This document shows positions 51,761-64,000 of a stretch of DNA of 64,000 bases, in pieces (position 1 is the stretch's first letter; the number at the start of each line of letters is the position of its first letter). Position numbers and translations under genes: made by a program. Source of the DNA: Azolla caroliniana (lineage: Eukaryota > Plantae > Polypodiophyta); the NCBI GenBank assembly GCA_043228905.1, contig JBHGNT010000021.1, positions 3,906,001 through 3,970,000 on the forward strand, given 5' to 3'. The notes beneath the pieces were generated by a model. It searched no databases. It had not been told where the DNA came from and worked only from the letters and a program-made list of their open reading frames with translations.

Positions 51761-52494
51761 GATTGTACATTGTACCTAATCTTTACCTACTTAATAATAT
51801 ATACACTCTCTATAATATGAAACATATGTGACCAGCGTTTGATATACAACGATTGTCGAATTCCATTCCTGCTCCATGGCACATATTCGCGAAATGGCGG
51901 TGTTTGTACAGTGATTCTGTTTTGGTGCAGTAAATTGACGTTTTACTCTCTGCGTTTAGGTCAATGGCAGCATTCGCTAAACCCTAGCGGAAGGTTTAGC
52001 GAAATTCAATAAAACCCTAAATCCTCTTAAAAGCATCTGGACTCTTAAGGCATCCCTAAGTAAGCATCCATTGATCGATTAAAAGTACCCATTCGGTAAA
52101 TAACGGGCTATCTGTAAGTATGCTTCAACCGATTCGGTACTTAACGCATTATTTGTAAGTATGAATGACTGATTGATTGCCCATTCATCTCAAAACCAGC
52201 TGTTTGTAAGTATGCATTGATAAATGAATTGCCCTTTGGGAACAAAACCGGTTACTTGCACGTATGATTCAGCTGATTAATCGTCCATTGGGAGTTAAGT
52301 ATGAAGCATCTATTCTATTTTTGTTAAAAAGAGGGATGCCCCATTCCGAGTTTGAATTATAATACATTTAGATTCCTGACCTTCTCATTATTCTGATTTG
52401 GTTATACATTTGATAATAATTTGTTTTGATAAAAGCCATTTTCAATACATGTAAATGCCATGTGTGGAATACTAGTACTCTGAAGTGCTATAGG

Positions 52495-54402
52495 CTAGGC
52501 AGCATTACTGAGTGGAAGCAGCTGAAACCATTGTGCAGTTGGGTTGTCCACACAAACTTTAGCACTACTACCCTGACTATCAATTCCATGGCCATAATTA
52601 GGGCTCAGGTCTTGGCTACAGACGCAGGGGCGGGTGACAATGTCCGGGGCGGCGCCTCCATCCAGACAGAGCAGCGTACCCCCGAACCGAGTGGCGAATT
52701 GCATGCTCTCGGTCGAGTTGTGCAGCCAGGTAGTGACATTGTTGGAAATGGCTATGGCTTCTTCTGTGAGCTGCCCACTGGTTCTAATTGTGCTCTCCAG
52801 CACCACCGGGAGCCCGTCTCCCCGTGCCGAGATCCACCAAATCAATCCGCCGCCATCTTCCGCTTCCATCCGCGGCGGCGGCGGCGCCAAAGAGATGTAG
52901 CCGCCTCTGCCGCCGGAGGAGGAGGAGGAGAATGGCGTGAAATTCCACTCGGAAACCTCGTGTTGCTGCGGTTGTCCGGAACTGGCCGTGCAGTCGTGGA
53001 GGAAGAGACCGCGGGCAGGCGCGATCTTGGCGTGAACACAGAGGCCCGTGGCGGCATTGAACAGGAGGAATCTGGGCGGCGCGGATCCAGAATCGCCACC
53101 GCCGCCGCCTCCGCCGCCATTGGAGGAGGAGGAGGATGTGAGGAGAGGCCTTTGGAGGGCCTGCAGGTGGCGGAGCAGCGAAGCATTCCGAGGCGCATCC
53201 CAGCCATGGTTGAAGAGGCCGAACATCTCATCGGCATCCACGACGCCTTCGCGGAGGTAGTAGCTTCCCTGCAGAGCCCAGACGGCCCAGTCGAGGTCTC
53301 CGGCCGCCAGGATCGAGAAGAAGCAAGGCAAGAATCGGGCGTCGCTGCCGCTCGTGCCCCTCTCGTTCACGCCGAACTCGCTCACGAACAGCGGCCCCGT
53401 GAAGCTGCGGTTGGGCTGCCGTAGGAACCCGGCGGCGCTCTGGATCTGCGCCGTGATCGTGGCGCACTTCCTGTTCACGTCCGTGTTGAGGTAGGAGTCA
53501 CCGTTGGTGAAGGAGTAGCGATGGATCTCGTACACGAACTTGTGGCGGAGGCCGGGGCTCTCGGAGAGGGATCTGTTGGCCAAGAAGCGGAGGTTTTGGT
53601 CGTAGCTGAGGCCGCCGTGGATGACCAGGAGGCGGGGATTGGCGGCGTGGATGGCGTCGGCGCCCAACTGCATGTACCGGTACCAGTCGGCGGCGTTTTG
53701 GCGGTGGCCGCGCAGCTCGTTGCGGAGGCTCATGGCGACCACGTGAGGGGAGGCGCGGAAGCGATGGGCGACGGCGGAGAGGGCGGCGAGCCATTCGTGG
53801 GGGTCGAAGAAACGGTCGCCCCAGAAGCCGTTGCCGTCGTCTTGGGCGCAGCACCAGCCGGGGAGGGAGAGCTGGTTGTCGAGGATGAGGAGGAGGCCAT
53901 GGCGGGCGAGCTCGGAGGCGACGGCGGAGAAGGCGTCGGTGGTGGAGAGGTGGAGGAGGTGGGGGTTGTGGGCGCGGAGGCCGGCGAGGGCGTGGTGGAG
54001 GCGGAGGGAGGAGAAGGTGGCGGCGACGGAGGGGTTGGAGAGGGAGGCGTTGGTGAACATGGAGGTGGCGTAGGTGAGGCGGACGCAGTTGAAGCCCCAG
54101 CGGGCGATGGTGGCGGCGATGGCGGCGAGGGGACGTCTGTGGAGGCCTTCCGCCAGCATGGGCGGCAGGTGGGAGGCCCAGTTCACGCACGCCAGCTTCA
54201 CGCGCCGCCCGGTGGCACTATCCACGATCCAGTGGCCGCGGGTGGACAGCACCGGCGCCGCCGGTGGAGGCGGCGGCGATGCCACGGCGCTGCCGCCGGC
54301 CGCCTCTGCGGAGGTGGCGCAACTCGCATGAAGAAGAAAAGGAAGAAGAAGAAGGAGGAGGAGGAGGAGGTTATTCCTATTATGGTAAGGCGAAGCAGCC
54401 AT
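52495..54402 (-). CDS. Secreted glycoside hydrolase family 5 (GH5_11-like) with C-terminal Cys-rich, ricin-B-like module; intronless
   Basis: Leu-rich signal peptide after the ATG at 54402 (alternative ATG at 54438); LSTRGHWIVD...RVKLACVNW, GFNCVRLT, WCCAQDDGNGFWGD, acid/base MSLRNELRG and nucleophile PLFVSEFG. Confidence 0.93.
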   Translation of the reverse strand: MAASPYHNRNNLLLLLLLLLPFLLHASCATSAEAAGGSAVASPPPPPAAPVLSTRGHWIVDSATGRRVKLACVNWASHLPPMLAEGLHRRPLAAIAATIARWGFNCVRLTYATSMFTNASLSNPSVAATFSSLRLHHALAGLRAHNPHLLHLSTTDAFSAVASELARHGLLLILDNQLSLPGWCCAQDDGNGFWGDRFFDPHEWLAALSAVAHRFRASPHVVAMSLRNELRGHRQNAADWYRYMQLGADAIHAANPRLLVIHGGLSYDQNLRFLANRSLSESPGLRHKFVYEIHRYSFTNGDSYLNTDVNRKCATITAQIQSAAGFLRQPNRSFTGPLFVSEFGVNERGTSGSDARFLPCFFSILAAGDLDWAVWALQGSYYLREGVVDADEMFGLFNHGWDAPRNASLLRHLQALQRPLLTSSSSSNGGGGGGGGDSGSAPPRFLLFNAATGLCVHAKIAPARGLFLHDCTASSGQPQQHEVSEWNFTPFSSSSSGGRGGYISLAPPPPRMEAEDGGGLIWWISARGDGLPVVLESTIRTSGQLTEEAIAISNNVTTWLHNSTESMQFATRFGGTLLCLDGGAAPDIVTRPCVCSQDLSPNYGHGIDSQGSSAKVCVDNPTAQWFQLLPLSNAA

Positions 54403-57400
54403 TTTGGGAGGGAGGATTACTATATTTAGGGCAACCATGTTTTGAGTAAATTTATTAGTGAGTGTGAGGAGAGAAAGGTCTACGGTTCGAATCCTCAAAC
54501 TTTTCACCAAACCCTCCTAACACCCCCCTTTACTAATCCACACACACACACACACACACTATTACATCTGCATTCCTTTTTCTTGACCAATTTATAAGCT
54601 CTTTAATGTCCTCCCTAATCCAAACACGCACACATGCGCACATATTCATCCCCAATCCTCACTTGTATCGAACAACTAGCTCTCTCTCTCTCTCATGGGC
54701 CAAATTTGGCCTTAGAAGACGTTAATATATCTTTCTTTCTTTCTTCTTTCTCTCTCTCACTTCCACACACACATCTCCTTTGCCACCCCTCAACTCATTC
54801 CTCCCTTCACACGACACACCAATGTAGCATAAGTAAAACATATAGATAAAGAGTCCCCTTTTGGCCTTGCCTCTCTTTTTTTACTTCACGGTTCCCAAAT
54901 TAGGGGTAACATGCCGTCTCAAAACACGAGAACAACCCCCACGAGCCTTCTTGTGTGACACATTGCTTGCTCGGGAAGAAGAACAATAACAAAACTGTCA
55001 CGGTTTCGATTACGTCGCATACGATACAAACCCTCGGATAATGTTGGTGGGGCTAAACTAAATTTCAAGGAGCCTTCGTCATGCATAAATGCACCATCCC
55101 CCGAATGTAGCTTTCAAAATATAATCATGTGATTGAAGTGATTAAAACTGGTCGCTCACAATTTTACCATGTTCTTTTGGAACGAAACTCGTTGTTCAGG
55201 CATTTCTGTCTGCAAATGAAGCCTTTCTATTTCTTTCAAAGGCTATATAAGAATGGAGATCTAATACCTCAAACTCTACGTTAAAGATTGAATTGTGTAT
55301 ATTGATGCCTTTAAGCAACTTAGAGAATTATGAGGGGCCTTGCCTAAACTTGTTGCTGATTGAATGTAAAGTTTCATGTGAAGCATTACCTTGGGCTTCA
55401 AATCAAAGCCTTATGCCAAGGTGCTTCGTCACAAAGAGTTAGGACGGGCCCTTCGATTGAAAGGAAAAGGAAACAACTCATTCCTTCAAATGCTTGGGGT
55501 GGGTGAAATCTTCTTTGAGAGGAATCCTCCAGTCTCCTCTAGGTTTTGGAGTTGAAGCAATATTTTTTAGAAAATGTTATTGTGTTGTTTCTAAGTACTA
55601 GTCATTGATGCATACATACACTTATGAGACATGTAAGTTTAAAAATTGTGGCCACCCTAGCTATCCTTTGTGTGTTCAGAAGCAACTCTACAAAAGAACA
55701 ATAATTTTGGAAGGAATTAAAGACAACATGCTTTTGTACTAAGAGGCTTAACTCCCAATAAAGAATGCAATGTTTAGAAGAAACTAAAAAACCTAGTTAT
55801 GTTGTGTTTAGAAGCATCATCAATAGTAAGAAATATTAATTTGTATAAGGAATTTAGGGAAAAATAACATGTGAAGAAATACTGATTTGTAAAAGGAATC
55901 TAGAGAAAAATAAGATGTGGATGTTAGAAGTATTACTACCAAACAAGTCTAATTGTAGAGAGGGCGGGAGAGAGTAGATTAGATATTTTATCCTCCATGA
56001 TGAGGCCAAATTTGACCAAATGGAACCAAATCAACATGTAATCTTGACCTGTGGCCCCTCCCTAGAAGTGGTGGTTACTACTATGTAGTAAAAACTCTCA
56101 ATTTGAAAATAATGCACACACATATGTGCTCACCCTTCTGGATGGAAATTTGAGTATGAGATTCACATTATCATATGCCCATCTAACAAGTCATCATATT
56201 TCTCGCCAATTACCTTATACGTTGAGCATGCAATACGTAAGTGATATTCATCCTTCACTAGGTTTTCTTTGCATACCGTGCATATATCTTCATGTTTCTG
56301 TGATGATGCCATGATGCTAGAGAGGGAGAGGGGGAGGGTTCCAACTTGCAATTAGCAATATAAAGGTCAAATGTTCAAAGAAAGATAAAGTTGATACATA
56401 CGAGAAGGTCAACCATTCAACCCCTATGTTTTGTAGAGGCATATAGCAAAGTTAATAAAACCTTAACTTTGTGAAAACTAACTATAAAATGCAGAGGAAG
56501 ACATGGACAATAAGTTTTATAGATGTTCGCGGATTGAAGCATCACAAAGAACATGCCCTCACTTGCAGTTCAACAACCTTATATGTAACATGTATCATCC
56601 CTCTATTCAAAAGGGATTGAATGAACTAAACTCCTTTCTAATAAGATACATTTGTAAAAACCATTTCTTTGCTTTCCCTTCTATAAGTTTACTTCACATA
56701 AATTGTCATATATTGAACTTAATTCGCTATGAATAATAACTCTTTTTTATGTGTTTCTAATCAGGATATATAAACTTAGCTTTGTTGATATCTATCATGT
56801 ATTAATTGAGCTGTTATAAATACAATTACTAGAAACTGATGTCTTCCTCAAAAACCACGTGTATTTATCCGATGTTGTAGGTGGCGGATTTATCAGCCAC
56901 CACGTTGGTTGTTCCCTCCGAGTGTACCTAACATATAGATGGGTGCTGCCACGTGAAGAGATTGGAGGATGTCTATGCTGAATTTGAGTTTTATGAGGCT
57001 CACGTTGAGGGTATGCGGCCGAGTAATTCTATGCTCGGCAGATGATGTGGTGATTAGGGGTTTTTTGTTGATTCCTTTATACATGTTGTTTTCTTTTTCG
57101 CCATGCAAGTTGGCTTGTAAGATGTATATTATAATATGTACATACATTGTCTTAACTAATGGAAGTAGTTTTTTTTGGACAAAGAAAAGCCCACATGTGT
57201 TAGATCTCAATATGCCCATAATATACATATAGGTCTAACAATTGAACTCAAATAGCTTCATTTCATCCTTTTCTCAACATAATATCGAACAAGACCACAC
57301 CATGTAAGACAAAAAAGAATCATAGGTTATCCTACTATTGTTTTGAATTCACTTCCCTTAGAGAAAGGCATATAAATTTACATTTCTTTGACTTCATCCA

Positions 57401-59388
57401 TTTCGTAGCATCACAACATTGTTTTAGAACTTAATATGCAAAGCTATGATAATTGTTTAATTGTTGTATCCTCAATGGATGCAAGGCCTTTTCGTTTGGA
57501 ATATCAAGTTAATATGCATTCCTTACTACAAATATTTTGGGTTATCAAAGATATCTACATGCATAAGCAAAAGGAGATTACTATCACATTATGAAATATT
57601 GCTCCTTAGACCATGAGTGATCCAAGCCTCAAGGTGAGGATGGCATTAGCTTGCAATATATCGAAACTGAATTCTAAAGTTGGTCAAAGCAATCTCTCAC
57701 TTGTAAGGGGGCTTGAAAGTCTGATAATACAATGGAAAATGCGCCTAACTCATTAAAGATTCTTGACCTCAATGCAACAACACAACCAACAATAGAAGCT
57801 ATGGCTATGAATCAATTGATTTCATTACAACACACCATTAACAATCTAGGGGAAGAGTTGCAAGAATTCATGATAGAAAATGGAAAATTCAAGGTTTTTG
57901 CTTGAGATGCAATCCACACAACTCACACAACATAAGAACGAGGTGAAACAATGTAAGCAAGCGTGTGTGGGCGTAAATAGAATACTCATTGAAAGAGGAT
58001 AAGTAAAATGAAGAATGTAAGCCCCGTAATGTCATGGGCTAATGTATGCATAAGACAAATTTGTCATCTTTTTATCACCCCATTATGCAAACACAAATTG
58101 AAAGCAAAGGTGAGAAAATCTGAGCACATTGTCATTGACGAGATCCAAGAGGAGAATATGCGAACACCTACGTCACTTAGAAATGCCATTGGGGAGTTCT
58201 TATACATGCTATGACATGCCAAGAGTGAATGTTTATGGGGCACATTAGAGTCCAGAAACAAGGTGCTTGTCACTCAAGAAAAAGGCCTATTGTATGCACA
58301 ATGGTTGACAAAACAAAGAGAGATAGAAATTATTTGGATCTACCTAAAAGGTACACAATGCATCGTGTTAAAGGACATAACCTTCTCTCTTTTTGTCTCT
58401 CTCATCCACTCTAACCACATTGACAGCTAGCTATCGTGACACATTCACATTATAATACCCACGCAATGACAATGGTAATAATGTACAAAGAACCTACACC
58501 AAAGTTAGTGACACCTAACCTTGAGCAAAACTGAAAAACGTTTGCACAAAACAGGAAACTAAAGAGAATGAAATCATTGATTTGAGGAAGAATACAATAT
58601 TAAGAGCATAGGGATGATTCACAAAAATATTATATTGTTATCCCCTCTTCGGCACATTTTGTTTGAATGATCAACCCATTGAACTATGCATGATGTTGAT
58701 TTCTATATATTTTAAAATTCCACTTGTAAGTAGAGGGAGGGGGGTTCCAATTTCACAACTATCTGTTTCTTTTAGTTAGTGTTTAGGGTGTAAGAGTTCT
58801 GAAAGTATAGACTCGTTAACAGGATTGTCATGGAATACGTTTCCTTTCCACGAGGGCCAGCAAGAGTTAGCAGCCATGAAACTGTTTTCTTTCCAGTGAG
58901 TTCAGTTGAATTTCATGATAATCTAATCCAGCTGTTAGGTTGGTATGCTTAAAAAACAATATCATTTTACACGAACCAAGTAATCATAATTTTCACCGAT
59001 TAAACTAAACTATATATATCTGTAATTGAATCATCACTTTCAACAAAAGTTTTGCCATATATATACATACATATATATAGATAAATATTGTTCAAGTTCC
59101 AAACTAAAATAAAACAACACAACAAACAATACCTTCTTCAGAGACATGCTTAAAATTATCCTCATTCAGGTAGGTTTATGTACATGCTTCTATTTTACAT
59201 CGGTGCACATCAAGTGCCTTGTTCTGAAATAATAATAGGATTTATACCCAGCCATGTAGCATATGATCTACGCAATCACACTAACATATCCAGACCTGTA
59301 TGGTACTCACCTGAATTGAGGTATTTGTATAGTTATGAGCAGCCAGTGTACAATATGAATAAACTGAATGTGGAATCAAAGTTTATTA

Positions 59389-61558
59389 TTATTTGGCATA
59401 TTTTGGAGCTGGATAAGGTGGAAGCCCTGTGATCCTCCTGTCCTCCACAGGAGCACCAACTGTAAAATGATACAGGCTCTGGAACTCCTTTCCCGTCAAT
59501 CCAAGAATATCATGAACTGCAGAATCATAAGAGAACACATACTGTTTACACACAGAAGAAACCAGAAAATGAAAAGCACACAATTGCATATGTGAGAAGA
59601 AGACAAGACACCTGGATCATCAAAATAACATCCTATGCCTGTGGCAGCAATGCCGACAGCATGAGCCTCAAGGTATAGCAGCTGTCCAAGTACTCCACAC
59701 TCCCAAAACAACCGAGGATACATCCATGCGCCCCTGTCGTTCAATACCTCAAACCTTGCTATCATCCCCAGACTAAAGCAACCGAAGGCTGCTATTTCCT
59801 GGGAGTTATGACTTATGTTAGAACCATTCACTTCAAAATGTGCGACGGCAAAGATATTCATTACATAAAGACGGGCAAAACCACAACAAAGACCTGATGG
59901 CATGAAAGTTGCATTGCTAGGTTCTCGCAATTGCCTTCAACTAGTTGATAAAGAGGCAAATTCTCTGGGCATCCATCAGGTTTCTCCCACATGAAGTCAT
60001 GCCTTAGTGACTTCCTGATCTTTGGCTCGTGTTCTGAGTTTCTAACAAGGATATATAAACCTTTGGAAAGATCCTTTACTTTATGCACAAAGATGGCCAT
60101 GTGTACCTCTGCCTTCCAAGGTAGGATCCTGAATGGAATCTGTGCAGTTTCTCCCTGAAGTTTCTCGTTAGGACCAGATGGCAATGTCTTCAACATGATC
60201 TGATAGAAAGCTTCGGCAGACATGACATGCGTTTCATCCATATTTACTGCACTACGTCTCTTAATAATAACATGGCGCAGAGTGTGAGATGGCTTGTAGA
60301 TACCATTAAATAATCCTGTTTGTGGTGGTATGACCTTTGTAGACACAAGAGAGGGTGCTGTAGCTTTCTTCGCAGCTGAGGCAGCATTGTCGATGATATC
60401 CCACCACATGTGGTCTTTGCTCAGACGATTAGGCTGCCCAGCCCATGTAACTTGGGACATTCTGGGGCCAAGGGTTTGCACAAGAGGCAGAGATGGGATG
60501 ATGGCATTCCTTATCCCACAATGTCCAGATTCTGTGGTGATAGGAAAACAAGCAACCAAGCAGTCCGCATGCTCTTGTTCAAGCTGAGGATATGTCCCTT
60601 TTCTAGGCGAGCCCTTTGGGATGGTTTCACGCTCATAGACTCCGAGTATGCGATCAAGGTCTTCATTGCCCCACCCATCCAAGAGTATAGCATCCCATCC
60701 GAACCCAGCTCCAGCCATGGAGATTGCCCCAAGGGCGTGGCCTATGTCATGGTTACAGTACCTGAAAGCCCTTTCCCCATATTTCCAAGACTCTCGCCAG
60801 AATATGGATGTCAATCCGAGGAACAACACACCATCAGGGAGGTCTTTGCTCATGTCCACCCACAGATGGTCTGGAATCTCACATCTGATCTCGAGGGCAT
60901 GCTCTCTAGGGTAATAATGGGCAATAAAGGGCTTGTCAGATATACCTGTAATGGCGCTTCCGATAAGATATACTTCGGTTGGATGCAGATTTCCACTGCT
61001 AGGGTTCACCCGCAGAGACCACGTTGACATCCCCGCTTTCTTCCATGCTGAAAGGGAGAAACTGTCGTAGAGAAGTCGGGAAATGGTCTCTTTTGAAGGA
61101 GGGGAAGCGTTCCCTTGGAAGTTGGAGAATGCATCAGAATAGGGCATATCCTCAGAGCCGTGGTTTTCCGGAGGGAAATGAAGCAGAGGAACCCTCTGAG
61201 CTCCATCATAGTGCCGAAATGGGGCTGGCTGATTCGCCCAGTCGAGACCATGGGGGCCATCTGCATATTTGCGAAAGGAATGCTTCGTCTTGTCGTGGTA
61301 GAATTTTAGGGTTTCGATGGCGGGGGCGTGCAGGGGAGGAGGATCCAGAAGAGGGGCCTGGGGGTGTGCGGAATTGGAGAGGCTGCAAGAGAAGGGAGAG
61401 ATGGAGGAAGAGAAAGAAGAAGCCATAGCAGAAGCAGAAGCAGCCCTCTGCGGATTGATGGTATGCAGGAGGAGGAGATGGCGATGGTGATGGTGGTGCA
61501 ACAGAGTAGGGGTCTTCCTGCCACTATGGCCGAAAGTCTTCAGAAGCTGCACAACCAT
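59389..61558 (-). CDS. Nitroreductase-family protein with tandem SagB/ThcOx-like FMN domains, 3 exons (61558-59894, 59798-59611, 59516-59389)
   Basis: YHDKTKH...LDWANQP, LRVNPSSGNLHPTEVY, WRESWKYGERAFRYCNHDIGH, RRSA, LSCHQ|EIA and GQLLYLEA...TGIGCYFDDP|VH...SLYHFTVG; Ser-rich transit-like N-terminus. Confidence 0.93.
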
Positions 61559-62024
61559 CTCTCATCACATTCTCTCTCTTTCAGAAAGAAGAAGAAGAAG
61601 AAGAAAGGATACTAATGGTATGAAGTATGTATGAAAGAGGCGAGAGATTTCGGTTTCGAACCCACGACGTGTTGCTTCCGGTACACAAGTATATTGAGGG
61701 AGAGTGGGGATCCAAATCCAATTTGATAATGTGAAAAGGCCCATTGGAACTAACATGGAGGAATGAATGAATGGTTTAGCCATAAAGTGTCCACGACGGA
61801 CATCAAGTGAGCGTGTTGCCCGTCACAATGTGTTTGTCTCTCTCTCTCTCTCTCGGCTTACATCCATACCATGCCATCCATCGCCTCTCTTCTACTCTTG
61901 CTTTGAAACATATCAATTCTCTCGCTCAAAGAATAACCAATCTTCCGCCATTTGCCGACACCCCCAAGGCTTTATCTCCTCCAAGTTAGCAGTCAGAATT
62001 GAACTGTGAAATTGCGTCTTAATG

Positions 62025-62660
62025 GCTTAACGGTTCTGTTCGGGTTCATGTTTTTGTAAATGGTTTGGTTTCGGCTTGGGCATTTAATGATTCAGTTCGG
62101 GTTCATGTTTTTGTAAACGGTTTGGTTTCGGCTTGGGCATTTAATGATTCAGTTTGGGTTCAGGTTTTTATAAACGGTTTGGTTTCAGCTTGGGTGTTTA
62201 ATGGTTTGGTTCGGCTTCAGGTTTCTTTAAACAATTTGGTTTTCGTTTGGGTAGGTTTTTGTAAACGATTCAGTTTCAATTTCGGTTTTTAATGGTTCTG
62301 TTCAGGTTCAAGTTTTTTGTAAATAGTTCGGTTTCGGTTTGGGGTTTTAATGGTTTAGTTCGAGCCTTTATTGGTTTTCGGTTTAAACAATTTCAAACCG
62401 TGGTTTGAAGGGTTTGATGGTTTAGGATTGGCACTCGATAATTTTCTTGAATATTATTTTTAACATTTTAGGCCTAATTTTGATCTTTTAAGAAAAACCT
62501 TTAAATTAGAAAATTTAAAAAAATTTAAATTAAAATGCGAAATTTTGAATTTTGGCCTATAACTTGAAAACCAAAACCAAACCACGAAAACCATAATTTT
62601 AACGGTTTTAAGGTTTAAAGGTTTGGAAATCTTTAAAACCATTTGGTTCCAACTTGAATT
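62025..62660. repeat. CGGTT/AACCG-rich repeat array with an AT-rich core, resembling a non-autonomous DNA transposon
   Basis: About 58-bp units (GTTCGGGTTCATGTTTTTGTAAAYGGTTTGGTTTCGG); architecture like the MITE at 45891, but no TIR or TSD found. Confidence 0.6.
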
Positions 62661-62679
62661 TTTTGTAACTGATGTTTCC

Positions 62680-63850
62680 GTGGGTCCAATTTCTAAAAAT
62701 GCAGTCATGAACAAGAGAAAGATTTCTACGATCATGACAGATCAGTGCAAACTGCTGAACTTGTCCCAAGCTGATGCAATAAATGGAAACAGCCATCTCA
62801 AAACTAGCAAGTAATTGCCGGTAATAACATACAAACAGTAGAGCATTTTTTTCAGGTCGTGCGTGTATAGATATTCTTTTCTGTTCCATGAACGGCAAAA
62901 GTGCCTTAAAATACTTGATGTAGGATTGTACATGAACTGCTTGTGAAGTTTCTCGCATCCTAGTCTTAGTATCAACCTGTACAAAACTATTTGATCACAA
63001 TCATGTAATGAAGAATTTATTGGCATACATTCTTGTTGGTGTTGAAGCTGTCTTTATCGTGTTACTGCTGATGTTGAGAAAATGAGTGTATACCCCCATA
63101 CATAACACATGGATTCGATGCCGCCATTCAATACTATGCTAGAAAACAGATTCATAAATAGGAATGATTCTGTCTACCCAATGATATCGGTTTGATATGT
63201 TTAGGGTTTCGGTTTGCTGTATAATTTCTTGAGCATGATTAGTGTTGGATGCATATTATTAAGGAGATATTTGCAAATCTCTTAAAGGCAAATTTCTTTT
63301 TCAAATTCTCAAAAGCTTTGGTTTCTTTTGTAGCTATCCCTTGATTAAGACATTATAATCATTTCACTCGGGCAACATTAAATTGTATGGTAAGATAATT
63401 GGAAAACTTGCTTATACTTCGTGCTTCCTGAGCTGCAGCCACAATATGCTTTACAAATATTTACTGATAGCCGAATATCAAGCTAATGTGCTATTTAGCT
63501 GAAGGGTAGTAAAATAATTGGAAAACTTGCTTATACTTCGTGCTGCCTGAGCTGCAGCCACAATATGCTTTACAAATATTTACTTATATTCACAATATGA
63601 TAATGTGCTATTTAGCTGAAGGGTATTTGGGAAGAATTAATCGATGTAAATTTCTCTCATCAATGGGTTCTTAAAGAGTATATTTTCAAAATTATAGGGG
63701 AAGATAGAAATTTTTGTAGTTATTGTAGTCTTGGACACTTCAAACTGTATTACCCTTCCATTAAGGTTGCTTTGCCATTTCCATGTTACTATTCTTGCAG
63801 TCTTCAATAAAGCAGGGATAGTTTCACTATTCTTTTTCATTGGGCCCTCA
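62680..63850 (-). mobile_element. Possible decayed Mutator-like transposase relic with an internal duplication (about 119-bp period, 63395-63625)
   Basis: Broken minus-strand ORFs; ...REIYID resembles the first MULE catalytic Asp context. The duplication is directly visible; the family call is weak. Confidence 0.3.
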
Positions 63851-64000
63851 TTAATGGTGTTTTACCCTGCTCCTGACTTTGTTTGTATGTCTCTGTACTA
63901 AACATGAAGCACCTATTCTAACTGTCTTCAAATTGATCTCGCCATTCAAGATGTGCCATGGATTTCCCTTTGCACTATTCCTTGTTTTTCCGTTGACAAT

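Noticed and set aside
52426-54429. Long + strand ORFs (332 aa, 302 aa) and a 230-aa Arg/Pro-rich alternative frame
   Set aside because: Expected stop-poor shadow frames of the GC-rich GH5 gene.
54484-54494. GGTTCGAATCC B-box-like motif (similar ones near 35520 and 61655)
   Set aside because: No A box at the proper spacing and no cloverleaf; not callable as tRNA or SINE.

Overview
Eukaryotic nuclear DNA from a land plant; the PLS-PPR style, short introns and sequence divergence suggest a compact-genome fern (inference, not provable here). Ten protein-coding genes can be reconstructed by hand: an intronless PLS-E PPR protein, an organellar (probably mitochondrial) small HSP, the SET-domain protein ATXR2, glycerophosphocholine acyltransferase (GPC1/GPCAT), a divergent TGD2-like MCE protein, histone H2A, USB1, a DUF1191 membrane protein, an intronless GC-rich GH5 glycoside hydrolase and a SagB/ThcOx-like nitroreductase. 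Between and inside them lie decayed Ty3/gypsy and L1 elements, one intact hAT-type MITE, microsatellites and many young 46-290 bp tandem duplications. Most notable: (1) the sHSP 5' leader contains a four-fold duplicated candidate non-coding exon whose extra 3' splice sites are each masked by a hairpin, under a triple-HSE promoter, a candidate temperature-sensitive splicing/uORF switch; (2) ATXR2 has a U12-type intron whose donor and branch site are one duplicated 17-bp sequence, plus two GC-AG introns; (3) an H2A whose tail (SASEDL) lies between H2A.X and canonical H2A; (4) an unexplained module of promoter motifs, a hairpin and a GTAAGTATG array downstream of the GH5 gene. All exon structures come from GT/GC-AG signals, frame and remembered family motifs; no database search was run.
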